Of a stretch of DNA of 64,000 nt, positions 10,764 to 21,431 are shown piece by piece; the first letter of the stretch is position 1; each line of letters begins with the position of its first letter. The position numbers and the translations under genes were made by a program. The notes under the pieces are model-generated. The model did no database searches, was not told where the DNA came from, and saw nothing but the letters and a program-made list of their open reading frames with translations. Source of the DNA: Vulcanimicrobiota bacterium (GTDB lineage Bacteria > Vulcanimicrobiota > Vulcanimicrobiia > Vulcanimicrobiales > Vulcanimicrobiaceae); assembly GCA_963714015.1 (NCBI GenBank), contig OY970223.1, forward strand, positions 3,136,001 through 3,200,000, given 5' to 3'.

Positions 10764-11989
10764 ATGCAAATTCGTTCACTGGCACTGGCTTCCACCATAC
10801 TGGCTGCGGCATTGCTCGCGGCCTGCAGCGGCGGTTCGACCTCGCCGAACCCCATCATTACGCCACCCAGCAGCGCTCCCGAGGGCGGGAACCCGGGCCC
10901 GGATCCGTACGGCTACAACGCAGACTCGATCGGCGCGGTCAACGCAATCGGCGCCCCAATGCAGTCGACGACTCCCGACGAACTGGGAGGCATTCAGAAC
11001 AACAACGTTCAGATCCGCCGAAACAATAACACCCCGCCGCCATGCACCAATTTCTTCGCGACGAGCTTCCAGTTCTTCACCCCAGACCAAAAGGGCGATC
11101 CGAATTCGACGGAAATGGTCCGGTACGAGGGTGCGGGTTGCTGTACCGAACGACGAAATTTCCGACACGGTGCGCGTTTGGAGTCAGACCAGCTCCACAT
11201 CGGAAACGGTAAACGTGACTATCTCCAAAGTGGGCGGCGCCGGCAAGGATGCAGCGCCGACGTCGGTTCGCACTGCTAAGGTAACCTATAGCGGAGTCGC
11301 GAGCTTCAACCAAAATGGTTTCCCGAACTTTACGGCCGGCGCAAATCGTACGGAAGTGTCGCAGGTCAAAATCGGCGACCAACAAGTATCCGCCGCCGAA
11401 CAACGAATTCGTTTACGGCAGCCCAATACCGAAAACGTCAGGCAATTATTTTTGCGGCGATTCGGCTGGATACAACACCGTGGGAGACTCTACGCTTAAC
11501 GAGACCTTCGGCTGGGCGGATCAAACGGACGGCAACAGCGGCACACGGATGCCTCAGGCAAACGGCTCGGTCGTATTCACCGTTCATCGCGTAGGCGTCG
11601 CGCTGACGGGCCCCATCAACTTCATGCAAATTGCCCCGGCGCAACCGAACACCGCATGCCCCATTTCAACACCCGGGTTCACGACCAATGTGCAAGGAGG
11701 CTTCCTGCGTCTGCCATTCGATATGCCGCTCACCTACACGTTCCACGACGGCTATCTGGTCGGAATGACGTTGAAGGGCGCTACGTTCGGCAACAACAAC
11801 GACCTGACTGTCTCCATCACGGTCGATAATCCGCAGAACAATAAGACATTCATCGCGGGAAGCGTCGCCACGAATACCGGCAATCCGCAAACCATTGGTA
11901 ACTTCCAGATCGGCATCAACGGCTTCGGCACCCTCACCGTTGTCGACGGTCACTCCTACAACATCGTGGACTGGCACGTCGTTCAGTAG
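10764..11989 (+). CDS. Secreted lipoprotein, unknown function (frameshifts near 11140 and 11385)
   Basis: Lipobox LLAAC; coding-like beta-rich sequence continues through three frames (ORFs 10749, 10732, 11315). Confidence 0.65.
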
Positions 11990-12024
11990 AGCACGCGATT
12001 CGGAGGCTCCAAACTCCGTCTCCA

Positions 12025-12058
12025 GAGGGCCCGTGAAAACACGGGTCCTCATTTTTTT
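12025..12058 (+). terminator. Rho-independent terminator
   Basis: GAGGGCCCGTG-AAAA-CACGGGTCCTC followed by ATTTTTTT, just after the lipoprotein stop. Confidence 0.8.
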
Positions 12059-12076
12059 GCGCCGAATAGCGACCTT

Positions 12077-12466
12077 ATGGAAACACTAGCGCAGCGCCAA
12101 TGCGTGCCTTGCCGCGGCGGAGTTCCGCCGCTGACGCGTGAACAGTTGACCCCGCTGCTCGCCCAATTGGACTCGGCCTGGAACGTGGTCGAGGCCGCGA
12201 GCGATCGTCACGGCACAGTGATGAAGCTTCTGCGGGAATTCAAATTCAAGAACTTCCGCGAGGCGCTCAATTTTGCCGTACGCGTCGGCGAGCTGGCCGA
12301 AGAGCAGCAGCACCATCCGGATCTGCACGTCGCTTGGGGCAAGGCCGGCGTGGAAATTTGGACGCACAAGATCGGCGGCCTTACCGAAAGCGACGCTATC
12401 TTCGCCGCAAAATGCGACGCGATCTTCGCGATGCCGACGCGCCCGACTACAGAGACGCCGCCATAA
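12077..12466 (+). CDS. Pterin-4-alpha-carbinolamine dehydratase (PhhB-like)
   Basis: CVPC N-terminus, FKFKNF, EEQQHHPDL, WTHKIGGL. Confidence 0.9.
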   Translation: METLAQRQCVPCRGGVPPLTREQLTPLLAQLDSAWNVVEAASDRHGTVMKLLREFKFKNFREALNFAVRVGELAEEQQHHPDLHVAWGKAGVEIWTHKIGGLTESDAIFAAKCDAIFAMPTRPTTETPP

Positions 12467-12776
12467 CGATCACCTTACCTTGCATCGACGGATGCACCGA
12501 GCAAACGTAAGAATACGTTCCGGCGGTATCAAAGGCGTACGTCCACGACTTCCCGGTGCCGAACAGTTTGGAGTCGAACGAGGCGTCTTTTGCGGTGACC
12601 GAGTGCGCGTCGTCGTCGTGATTCACGAATTTCACGGAGTCGCCGGCGGGGATTGTTAATTCCGCGGGTTTGTACGCGTAGTCACGAATGTCGACTACGT
12701 GCGTGGTTTGGTCAGCGCGCAGCGGCGCAGAGAGTGCGAGCCCCAAGGCGGCGGTTAGAACGATTGCGTGCTTCAT
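12447..12776 (-). CDS. Secreted cupredoxin (plastocyanin/amicyanin-like blue copper protein)
   Basis: Signal peptide; His in AHSVT and C-x2-H-x2-M (YVCSVHPSM) type-1 Cu ligands. Confidence 0.88.
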   Translation of the reverse strand: MKHAIVLTAALGLALSAPLRADQTTHVVDIRDYAYKPAELTIPAGDSVKFVNHDDDAHSVTAKDASFDSKLFGTGKSWTYAFDTAGTYSYVCSVHPSMQGKVIVMAASL

Positions 12777-12807
12777 ACCTGCGGTACGCGTTGCCTTCGG
12801 GCAAAGT

Positions 12808-13731
12808 TCATTCCGAAAGAAGCGGTAACCGGACGACGAACTCGGCGCCCGTCGCGCTGCCCTGGCGAACAAAGGCTTCACCGCCGTGCGCGCGCGCGAT
12901 CCATGCGACGATGGCAAGGCCGAGACCGCTGCCCTCGCCGCCTTTGTCCGCGCGATAGAATCGCTCGAAGATCTTCTCTCGCTGCCTGGGGATCGATTGG
13001 ATCGCCGTCGTTCGCCACCAGTAAGTCCACACGCCGGCCGTTCGGCGCCGTAGTAATGCGCACGGTCGAACGAGCGTGGCGAACGGCGTTCTCGAGCAGA
13101 TTGCGCAGCAACTCGCGCAAGCGCCGCTCGTCGCCGTTGATTATCGCACTCTTGGTTTCCGCTACGATCTGCAGCCGTCTGGCATGCGCGACCGGCAGGA
13201 ACTCTTTTGAGACCGCTGCCGCAAGGGCGCCCAGGTCCACGGGCTCGGAAGAGATGACGTTGATATCGGCGGCGCGCGCCAAGGTCAGCAGGTCGGCAAC
13301 CAGCGCCGACGCGTCGAGCGCGGCCTGAGCAATCGTTGCAAAAGCGGCGGCTTCTTTCGGCGCGGCGTCGGAGCGCGCCGCCTGCGCTACGCTCGCTATG
13401 GCCGCAAGCGGAGATCGCAGCTCGTGCGCTGCGTCTGCGGCGAATGCGCGCTCGCGTTCGCGCGCTTCGATCAACGGCTGGAGGGATTGTGCCGCGAGCG
13501 CCCATGAGGCGATCGCGACGATGACTATCAGCGGAACGTCCAGCATCAAAATAACTCGCGTCACGTTCCACAGCGCCGCGTGGTAGGCCGCGATCGCTTC
13601 GGGAATGTTCGGCGTCCGGCCCCAGCTCGCCGCGATAGCTGCAGCGCCATGAACCAATACGCGCCCACACTCAGCGCCGCGAGAACAAGCGCAAAAACGA
13701 GCAGATAGCGAAGCGCGAGCCGAGCTATCAC
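12808..13731 (-). CDS. Sensor histidine kinase (frameshifts near 13640 and 12985)
   Basis: H-box AAHELRSPL, N-box NLLENAVRH, G2 IFERFYR..GSGLGLAI in the next frame; GTG 13731 overlaps the response regulator TGA. Confidence 0.85.
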
Positions 13732-14396
13732 GCTTGGAACTTATATCCGACGCCCCAAATCGTGTGGATCATCTCGCCGGCGCCCGCTTTTTTCAATTTA
13801 CGCCGAAGCTGACTGATGTACACGTCGACGATATTGCTCGGTCCGTCGAAATCGTAATCCCAAAGGCGCTCCAGCAAGTGCTCGCGCGAGAACGCGATCC
13901 CTTCGTTGCGCATGAAGAATTCCAGCATTCGGAATTCGGTGGATCCCAGCGCAAGCGGCTTCCCTTGGAAGCTCGCTTTTCGACCGGTAACGTCTATCTC
14001 GACCGCTCCGCTGCGCAGCGAATCCTGAATCGGGCGATCCGCGCGCCGGCTCACCGCGCGCAGCCGCGCGAAGAGCTCTTCTTCTTTGAACGGTTTGATC
14101 AGATAGTCGTCGGCCCCCGAATCCAGTCCCAGTACGCGGTCCTCGACCGCGTCCCGAGCCGTGAGCATCAAAATCGGCGTTTGCACCCCTTCGGCGCGAG
14201 CGGCCTGCGCGATCGAAAATCCGTCGCGTTTGGGCAAAACAACGTCGACGATGACCGCATCGTAGACTTGCCGGAGCAAACAATCCAGTCCGGCCTCCCC
14301 ATCGTGCGCTACGTCGACGGCGTATTTCCGGCGCTCGAGCATCGAGCGGACGGCGGACGCAACCGAGGCGTTGTCCTCGATCACCAAAATACGCAT
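13728..14396 (-). CDS. OmpR/PhoB-family response regulator
   Basis: MRILVIED, LTARD, GADDYLIKPF, winged helix VDVYISQLRRKL..TIWGVGY. Confidence 0.93.
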   Translation of the reverse strand: MRILVIEDNASVASAVRSMLERRKYAVDVAHDGEAGLDCLLRQVYDAVIVDVVLPKRDGFSIAQAARAEGVQTPILMLTARDAVEDRVLGLDSGADDYLIKPFKEEELFARLRAVSRRADRPIQDSLRSGAVEIDVTGRKASFQGKPLALGSTEFRMLEFFMRNEGIAFSREHLLERLWDYDFDGPSNIVDVYISQLRRKLKKAGAGEMIHTIWGVGYKFQA

Positions 14397-14398
14397 GC

Positions 14399-15540
14399 TT
14401 AGAGATTCGACGGCCAGGGAAATCCCACTGTCATCGCACCTCCAAAGTGGTCGGGACCGGGGACGCCGATATTGCGCACGTCCTGAAACAGCAGCCGGAT
14501 GTGCGGCGTCGCCTGGAAGGCTGAATAGTAAATCACGTCGCGCGCAATGAACGGTGTGGCTTGGGCGTCGTAGCGCACGCCCAAATACCAGTGAGGCGTC
14601 GGATAGTACTTCAGCCGCGCGTAACCGCCGCTGCTGCCGGTCCGTGTGTCGAAACCGTCGGGATTCCAGTCGGTTCCCCACCACTGCTCGGTCTGCAGTT
14701 CCAGTTTCTTGTGCTTGGCGGACAGCAGCAGGCCTTCGCGCGCATACGAGTCGTTAAACGAAGCTCTTCCGAGCGGCACGACATGGCGCTGGCCGTCCAA
14801 GACTTCGCCGCCCACCGTTACGTCTTGAAAAATAGGGGCATGCAGCCACAGACCGATCTCCGGCGCGTTCGGCCCACGTCGTCTCGCCCGTGGGGATTGG
14901 CTTTCCGCCGTATGCGGCGCCCTTGTATTCGCCCAAGTCCGCGGTAAAGTCGGCGACTAAGAGACCGACGGTGCGCTCCATTTGCGCGCCCCAGCGCGGA
15001 GATGAAAGCGGGAGATCGTTCAAACCGACGTGCGCGCCGTAATAGCCGTAGGAAGAAAGACTATCGTTGCGCTGACCGGGCGACTGCGCGAGCGGCAGTT
15101 CGAACAATCCGATGCGATACAGCGACTGCGTGTGTTGGTTGTAGGAAGCAAGATAGCCCAAGAAACAATCCGCTCGGGCCGCCGCCCGCCCCCAGACTGT
15201 AGTGCACGAATGCGGCGACCTTCCCGAAGTCCCAATTGCTCAGCAGGATGCCGCCCGGCGAAAACACGCGGCTGCCCGGCGATGGATTGTCTTCGTATTC
15301 GAGCTGGTAACGAAGCGCGACGCCGGTGGTGCCGTGCTTGGGAAGGTTGAGCTGATACCCATGCGCGCGAAAAGCGCGTCCGAAAGCATTCAACTCGGGC
15401 AACACCGAATGACACGTTTCGCACGAAAGGCGGTAACGCTGCGCAAACAGCGGAATCGCTTGCGCGGGCGCGCTGCTCTGCCAAAGCGCAACGCTCAGCG
15501 CACACAAGCCGATCGAGAAAGCCAAGAGTCTACTGCGCAA
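14399..15540 (-). CDS. Cyc2-like monoheme cytochrome c-porin fusion (several frameshifts, about 15165 and 14820-14875)
   Basis: Signal peptide, then IPLFAQRYRLSCETCHSVLPELNAFGRAFRAHGY, then aromatic-rich amphipathic beta-strands across three ORFs; GAGG RBS before TTG 15540. Confidence 0.7.
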
Positions 15541-16001
15541 CGATAGCACCTCGCATGGGGCTTGCATAATGAAAGAAACAGCCGTACAAATACGTGCCGG
15601 CTTTGTCTACGAGGATTTGCTGCGAACCGGTACCCGAAACCATCGCTCCGCTGGTCCACGGCTGCGATATCGCTGCACCCGATTGCTGCAACGCGGACGC
15701 GCCGAACGGCGATCCGGCGGGAAACGCATTTGGGGAACCGGGCACCAGCGTAGCGGTATGGTTTACACCAACGCCGTCGGTGTTGACGAAGCGAATCGTG
15801 CTGCCTACGGGCACCGTCGTGACCGCAGGAGAGAAGCCGCCGGATTGTCCGTACGCCGTCTGGACTGGTGCGTTGAGCGTGAGATTGACGCGAGATCGTT
15901 TGGGTCGCAGCCCCGCCGCCCGGCGGCGGAGCTGATCCGCCGGGCGTACAGGCTCCGAACACCGCAAGAACGAGCAGGACGAGCGGTGTTCGAACTTTCA
16001 T
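15530..16001 (-). CDS. Cupredoxin-domain lipoprotein (frameshift near 15893)
   Basis: Lipobox FGAC in ORF 15495-16001; NHTAT and YGCFFHYASPM type-1 Cu site in ORF 15530-15967. Confidence 0.8.
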
Positions 16002-16523
16002 CGCGCGACCGTCACTGCGCCGGCGCGAACTTCGTCGACGAGCTGTTCCGCGAAGTCGCTCGAAGGAAGCATATTTTTACGCACGACGCCGTTCGCATCG
16101 ATCAGATAGACGATCGTCGAATGCATGTCGGCGTAACCGTCGGCTCCGCGCTGCGCGACGACGCCGAATTCGTTCATCACGGCGTGCACGCCGGTGCGGC
16201 TTCCGCCCGCAACGATCCATCGCCGCGGATTCGCCGAAAACGACTTTGCCAGCTTGCGCATGTCGAGGACGGAATCGCGCTCCGGGTCCAGCGTAATCGT
16301 CAGCAGCCGCATCTTCACGCGGGCCTTGTCCAGAGCGGCTGCGGCTTGCGAGAATTGCGCGTTGATCAGCGGACAGGCGTCCGCGCAGTGCGCCGAAACG
16401 AACGTTACTGCTAAAGGCGTCCCGCGCAGGGAGCTCGAGAGTGAACGGGTGACCCGTTTGATCGACCAGTTTGGGCTGCAGCATACTGACAGCCATGAGC
16501 AAAGCGGCGATGGCGTTGTGCAT
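15998..16523 (-). CDS. SCO1/SenC copper chaperone (frameshift near 16438)
   Basis: LVDQTG, CADACP (CxxxC), ITLDPERD, HSTIVYLID. Confidence 0.85.
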
Positions 16524-16585
16524 ACCGCCACGGTAGCGGGACGGTGTGAAAAAAGTTTGAAGGCGGCGCCCGGGTGTCTTAGGGG

Positions 16586-17410
16586 CTACCGATCGTGAAT
16601 GGCGTCGCGCATCGAGGCCGCCAAGTTCTGCAAGGCCGGGTCGCTTCGGGCGTCCGCCGCGGCTCGATCGAAAGCCGCGCGCGCCTCGGGCCGTTTTCCT
16701 TGCCGCAGCAAAATCGTGCCCAGCGCAAATCGCGCCCGTGCATAGCCGGGGGAGAGATCCAAGGCCAGCGCAAACTCTTGGGCCGCGGCTGCGTACTGGC
16801 CCAATCCGGCTTGCGCAGCGCCCAGATCGTAGTGCGCCACGGCGTAACTGGAGTCGCCGCTCAGCAGCCGTTTGAAATCGTCCCGTGCTGCCGCCAAGTC
16901 GCCGCTCTTGAGCGCGACGATGCCGTGCGAATAAAGGGCGCGCGCCGAATCCGGCGCCGCGGATTCGAAGCGATCGGCGATCGATCTTGCCTCTTGCAGG
17001 TTGCCTCGCGCGATGTCGACCGCTATCAGATTCGCCATCGCAGCCAGAAACTGAGGATCGCCCTGCAATGCATCGCGAAACTCGCGCGCCGCGTCGTCGT
17101 TCCGGTTCAAGTTGGCATAGGCAATGCCCAGATCGTACTGGGCGGTGGAGTGCTGCGGCTCAGGCGGCTGCAGTTGAACGATCCGTTCGAACTCTGCAGC
17201 GGCCGCGGTCCATTGCAAATGGGATTCCGCGTCCAGACCTAAAAGAAAACGCTCGTGAACTTCGCGCGCAACCCCAATGGCATGCAACTGTTTGGGATCG
17301 TTCGTACGCGGCGACGGCGTACTTTGATCGTACGTCTGCGCAGCGGCCGCGCCCGATCCGTACAAGGATATGCAGACGGCCAGTGCCAGCCCCAAGCACC
17401 GCATCCGCAC
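16586..17410 (-). CDS. Secreted tetratricopeptide-repeat protein
   Basis: Signal peptide; repeated AxYxLG...A..F..AL..P TPR units. Confidence 0.8.
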   Translation of the reverse strand: MRMRCLGLALAVCISLYGSGAAAAQTYDQSTPSPRTNDPKQLHAIGVAREVHERFLLGLDAESHLQWTAAAAEFERIVQLQPPEPQHSTAQYDLGIAYANLNRNDDAAREFRDALQGDPQFLAAMANLIAVDIARGNLQEARSIADRFESAAPDSARALYSHGIVALKSGDLAAARDDFKRLLSGDSSYAVAHYDLGAAQAGLGQYAAAAQEFALALDLSPGYARARFALGTILLRQGKRPEARAAFDRAAADARSDPALQNLAASMRDAIHDR

Positions 17411-17412
17411 GA

Positions 17413-17664
17413 CTATCGCGTGTCGTCCGGAAGTTCGGCGTCTTTCGCGGAACGCGCGGCGGCCGCGCGCTCGGGTTTACAAGCCCAGCCCTTCCGGCCG
17501 GCTTCGGTTATGGGTCCCAGCAGACCCGGCGCCGCAGAAGTCTGCAGTGCGCCGCCCATCAGCTGTTCCAGGGAACCGGCGCCGGCAAGACCCGTCGCAA
17601 CTGCCGCCAGCGAGCCCGCCAGAAGCAACCCGTAGAACAGCGACCGGAGCACGCGAGTTGACAT
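17413..17664 (-). CDS. Small hypothetical membrane/secreted protein
   Basis: Hydrophobic N-terminus; TATAAT 8 nt upstream of the ATG; abuts the TPR gene. Confidence 0.5.
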   Translation of the reverse strand: MSTRVLRSLFYGLLLAGSLAAVATGLAGAGSLEQLMGGALQTSAAPGLLGPITEAGRKGWACKPERAAAARSAKDAELPDDTR

Positions 17665-17698
17665 CTGGCCTTATTATAGTCGAACCTGTGAAAAAAAC

Positions 17699-19450
17699 AT
17701 GAATCGGTGGACGGGCGCCCTGCTTGCTCCCTTACTCCTCGGTGCGGCACCCCAACCGCTCGTTGTGGGCGTGGTTCACGATCAGTACGGAGAGGCGATC
17801 GGTGGGGCCCTGGTGCAGTCCGCCGGCCTGAAAACCGCTACCGACGCCTCGGGGACGTTTGCATTCCCCGGCGGCGATCCGTCCGGATGGGTCGTCATAA
17901 CCTGCGCGTATTGCCGCGCCGAAAAAGTGCACTACGATGCCGGCACTCCCGTCATAGCAATCGTCCAGCGATACGATGCAATCGCGCAATCCGCTCCAAC
18001 GCGCCGCGACTATACGGCTTTGCCCTATTCGAGCGCCGCGTCATCGGTTTCGCTCACGCCCTTCGCCGTGCTTGACGACAGCGCTTCGTCGATTCCCGGA
18101 GCGCGCGTCTCGATGTTTGGAGCTTCCCCCTCTTGGGGCGGTGTGACGGTCGACGACGGCATCCCCGATTACGACGTGGCAGCCGGTGCATCGACGTTTA
18201 CGTTTTTGCCTGCGGGATTTGTGCAGCACGTCGCGGTTTTTGGACCCGACTGGGCATTTCGTTACGGCGACAACGCGGGAAGCGGAACGTTTTTGGTCGA
18301 TACCCGCGCGGATTCCGGAACGTCGGCAACTTTAGCGGCGGGCGGTCAGCAAATCGTGCGCGTCGCCCAAAACGACGGGAATTTTGCGGCATCGGCGGGT
18401 TTTGCATCCAGCGCGAGCGATTCACGCGATAGGATCGATGCGACATATACGGCGTCGATCGGCGACGACACGATCACCGCTGCCGCGATTCTGGCGGGCA
18501 GCCATGACGCGCCGGCTATCGACGACGCGCTCGATTCGGCATTCAATGCCTTGCGCGTAAACTACCGGCACTCGCGTTCCGATGTGGTTCAGGCGAGCCT
18601 CATAATCGATAACGGCGGTTACAACGGCACGCTTTACGAGGGCGCGGGCATCGCCGCAGCCTGGAGTGACGTCGAAGCGGACGCGACGCTGCAGACTTCC
18701 GGGACGCTGCACGGTTTCGTCGACGCGGCTTATCGCGATTCGACCGGAGCGTACGGCGACTCGACGATCGACGCTCCGGTTGCCGGATCGATCGCACAGG
18801 GGCACGTCGATGCCGGTTTGCAGTTCGATACCTCGCAACTGACCGCTTCGGCCGGCTTGGGCGCCTTCGGCATAGGCTATACGGGCGGTGCGCAAGGGGC
18901 CACGCAGCCGCTTAACGCACGAATTCTCGTGCCGTCGGCGTCAGTAAATTACGCCGTTGCGTCCAATTGGCAAGCAGCGGTGTCGACGGGTCAATGGTTC
19001 CGCCTTCCGTCGCTCTTGCAGACGTATGGTTCGTCGCCCGCATCACTCGCCGTGCAGAAAGGTTCGAGCAGCATCGAGCGTTTGCAGTACGGCGATCTGC
19101 AGCGAGTTCGCATAGAGATAATGGGAGTGCAGGGTGCATCGGATGGGACAGGTGGGGACTTCGGCTGGGAGATCGCACCGAATTTTTCGCTGCGCGCCTG
19201 GACCATGCACTTCAAGAACGTTGCGGAGGACAACAGTGGAACGGTAAATGCGCTGTGGACGACGTACGAGAATCCGCGCGGACTGCGGTTGGACCTGATC
19301 GAGCGCCGCGACGAGCTGGACGAAGCGCCTAATCAGCATTTCGACGGCTCGGGCTCCGTGCCGTTAACCGGGCATGTCCGGGCGTTTGCCGCCACGGAGA
19401 GACGGCGTTTCCAGCGCATCTACGAAGCGGGAATACAGCTCGTTCCCTGA
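17699..19450 (+). CDS. Outer-membrane protein, degenerate TonB-dependent-receptor-like, with N-terminal carboxypeptidase-regulatory-like domain
   Basis: GVVHDQYG..TDASGTF; plug-like DDGIP..RYG..AGSG; beta-strand-rich body. Confidence 0.55.
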   Translation: MNRWTGALLAPLLLGAAPQPLVVGVVHDQYGEAIGGALVQSAGLKTATDASGTFAFPGGDPSGWVVITCAYCRAEKVHYDAGTPVIAIVQRYDAIAQSAPTRRDYTALPYSSAASSVSLTPFAVLDDSASSIPGARVSMFGASPSWGGVTVDDGIPDYDVAAGASTFTFLPAGFVQHVAVFGPDWAFRYGDNAGSGTFLVDTRADSGTSATLAAGGQQIVRVAQNDGNFAASAGFASSASDSRDRIDATYTASIGDDTITAAAILAGSHDAPAIDDALDSAFNALRVNYRHSRSDVVQASLIIDNGGYNGTLYEGAGIAAAWSDVEADATLQTSGTLHGFVDAAYRDSTGAYGDSTIDAPVAGSIAQGHVDAGLQFDTSQLTASAGLGAFGIGYTGGAQGATQPLNARILVPSASVNYAVASNWQAAVSTGQWFRLPSLLQTYGSSPASLAVQKGSSSIERLQYGDLQRVRIEIMGVQGASDGTGGDFGWEIAPNFSLRAWTMHFKNVAEDNSGTVNALWTTYENPRGLRLDLIERRDELDEAPNQHFDGSGSVPLTGHVRAFAATERRRFQRIYEAGIQLVP

Positions 19451-19517
19451 CGCGCCTTAGCGTCACTTCAGAGTTTTTTCACGGGCCTGCTGCATAGTCG
19501 CTGCAGGAGGCCACAAC

Positions 19518-20003
19518 GTGCAACAACCCGCCGCTCTCGACCGCATCTACGCCGATTTTGCGCCCGCACTGGTCGTGCAAGCGCGCCGCATCTTGCAAAA
19601 CCGCGAAGATGCGCACGACTGCGTACACGACGTACTGGTCAAGTTGTGGCTTCGGCCTTCGCTCTACTCGCCGGAGAAAGGCTCGCTCCGCAGCTTTCTG
19701 TTGGCCTGCGTCGGCAACGAAGCTCGCAGCCGTCAACGCATGGCCGGGCGTCGTCGCCGGATACTCTATGCCAATGCCGTGCGCTGCGAGCCCGCAGCGT
19801 GGGACGTCGATTCACACGTGGACGTGCTGCAGCTCGCGCATGCGATAGCGGCGCTTCCCCCGCTGCAGCGGCAAGCCATTACGATGCACTATTTTGAGGA
19901 CATGCGGCACGTCGACATCGCGGCCGAATTGCATGCGCCGCTCGGAACGATTAAAACCCGCATTCATCAAGCGAAGCGCCGTCTGCGCCACTACTTATCC
20001 TAA
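19518..20003 (+). CDS. ECF sigma-70 factor (SigK-like)
   Basis: AHDCVHDV..LW, region 4 LPPLQRQAI..IAAELHAPLGTIKTRI; AGGAGG RBS. Confidence 0.88.
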   Translation: MQQPAALDRIYADFAPALVVQARRILQNREDAHDCVHDVLVKLWLRPSLYSPEKGSLRSFLLACVGNEARSRQRMAGRRRRILYANAVRCEPAAWDVDSHVDVLQLAHAIAALPPLQRQAITMHYFEDMRHVDIAAELHAPLGTIKTRIHQAKRRLRHYLS

Positions 20004-20037
20004 TCAAACACCTACACCCTTGGGAGTCTAGAATCAC

Positions 20038-20529
20038 ATGAAAATCAAATCGATCTTCGCCGCGCCCCTATTGCTGGCGCTTGCCGCTTGCGGCGGGGGT
20101 GGCGGCACTGCCGCCGTGCCGTCCCCGACGAACACGCCCCTCAGTGACGGGAACATTCCGCTCATACAATCGGTCAGCGGATCCAACGCGTATGTTGCCT
20201 CCGGCAATAGCCACACACTCTATTACTTATCGAGCGACTCCGCTACGGGAAGCAGCTGCACCGGCAATTGCCTTGCCGAGTGGCCCGCATATATGGTCTC
20301 ATCCGGGGCGACTGCGGTGAACAATATGACCATCATCACGCGTTCGGACGGAACGGGACAACAATGGGCGTATCAGGGACATCCGCTGTACATGTTCGCC
20401 GGCGACAGCGGCGCGGATCAAGCAAACGGTGAGGGAATCCCCCAACCGCCCGGCACCTGGCACGTTTCGCGGCCTGCTTCCGGCGGGAGCGGAGGCACCG
20501 GCGGAGGCGGCGGCGGCAACGGTTACTGA
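20038..20529 (+). CDS. COG4315-like lipoprotein with Yx(FWY)xxD repeats
   Basis: Lipobox LAAC; TLYYLSSD, CTGNCLAEWP, QWAYQGHPLYMFAGD. Confidence 0.85.
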   Translation: MKIKSIFAAPLLLALAACGGGGGTAAVPSPTNTPLSDGNIPLIQSVSGSNAYVASGNSHTLYYLSSDSATGSSCTGNCLAEWPAYMVSSGATAVNNMTIITRSDGTGQQWAYQGHPLYMFAGDSGADQANGEGIPQPPGTWHVSRPASGGSGGTGGGGGGNGY

Positions 20530-21431
20530 GCTGCGGCGATAGACGTTTCCGTCCTATAAGCAACACGCGGATAAGCGCGGGCTGCGAGCAGCGCCGTGAC
20601 GAGGAGCGCAACGATCGTCACCACGCTGCCTTCGGGGCCTGCGTTTCCGCCCGTGAGCCACGCCGGACCGGAGAATGCCGTCTTCAAAAAGGGATGCCAC
20701 GGCAGCATTCCGCTGTCGCGCACACCGTAGAAGAATGTTTCGGCCCAGTCCCACGCGGCGTGAAAGCCGATGCCGAACCAGAGATTGCCCGTGCGCAACA
20801 GGACGAAGCAGAAAACGAGTCCGAAAAGCGCGACTTGTCCCACGCCGAGCGCATTTTCGCCGGGATTGCCCAAATGCGCCGCAGCAAAGCCTAGTGAGAG
20901 CACAAGCGCCGCGGGCCAAAATCCGATGCCGGTCGTAAGCGTGAACTGCGGATAGCCGCGGAAAGTGAACTCTTCCGCCAAACCGACGAACAAAAACGCA
21001 ACCGTCCAGGCCAGGAATGCGACGGCGAGCTGCGCACCATGCGTCGCGATGCCGCTTATGCGAAATCCGCTGCCCAAAAAAATCACCAGCAAGACGGCGG
21101 TAATTGCAAGGAATCCCCAAAGCGCTCCGCGCCAAAACCGGCCTTGCACAGCTCCCGCGAACGGAAGGCCGTAATCCCGGAATTTGCGCCGCTCGATCTT
21201 GGCCATGACGGCGGCGGCGATGACGGTGACGACAAAGATGGCGAGCTCGAATCCCACTGTTGCCGGATAGAGCACTTTGGGACGAGGCCGGTGTGCAAGC
21301 GCGGCGACGCCCGGAAACACCGCTCGAACAATGGTGCCCGCGATGAAAAACAACACAAAAACGATAGCCAGAAAGATCAGCAGGCGCCAGCCTGCGCGGA
21401 TGCCGTTCGGACCGATGAAGATATTCCTCAA
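20523..21431 (-). CDS. CPBP/Abi-family intramembrane glutamic endopeptidase
   Basis: EEFTFRGY, FAAAH, HAAWD motifs and multiple TM helices; TTG start overlaps the upstream stop. Confidence 0.88.
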   Translation of the reverse strand: MRNIFIGPNGIRAGWRLLIFLAIVFVLFFIAGTIVRAVFPGVAALAHRPRPKVLYPATVGFELAIFVVTVIAAAVMAKIERRKFRDYGLPFAGAVQGRFWRGALWGFLAITAVLLVIFLGSGFRISGIATHGAQLAVAFLAWTVAFLFVGLAEEFTFRGYPQFTLTTGIGFWPAALVLSLGFAAAHLGNPGENALGVGQVALFGLVFCFVLLRTGNLWFGIGFHAAWDWAETFFYGVRDSGMLPWHPFLKTAFSGPAWLTGGNAGPEGSVVTIVALLVTALLAARAYPRVAYRTETSIAAAQ

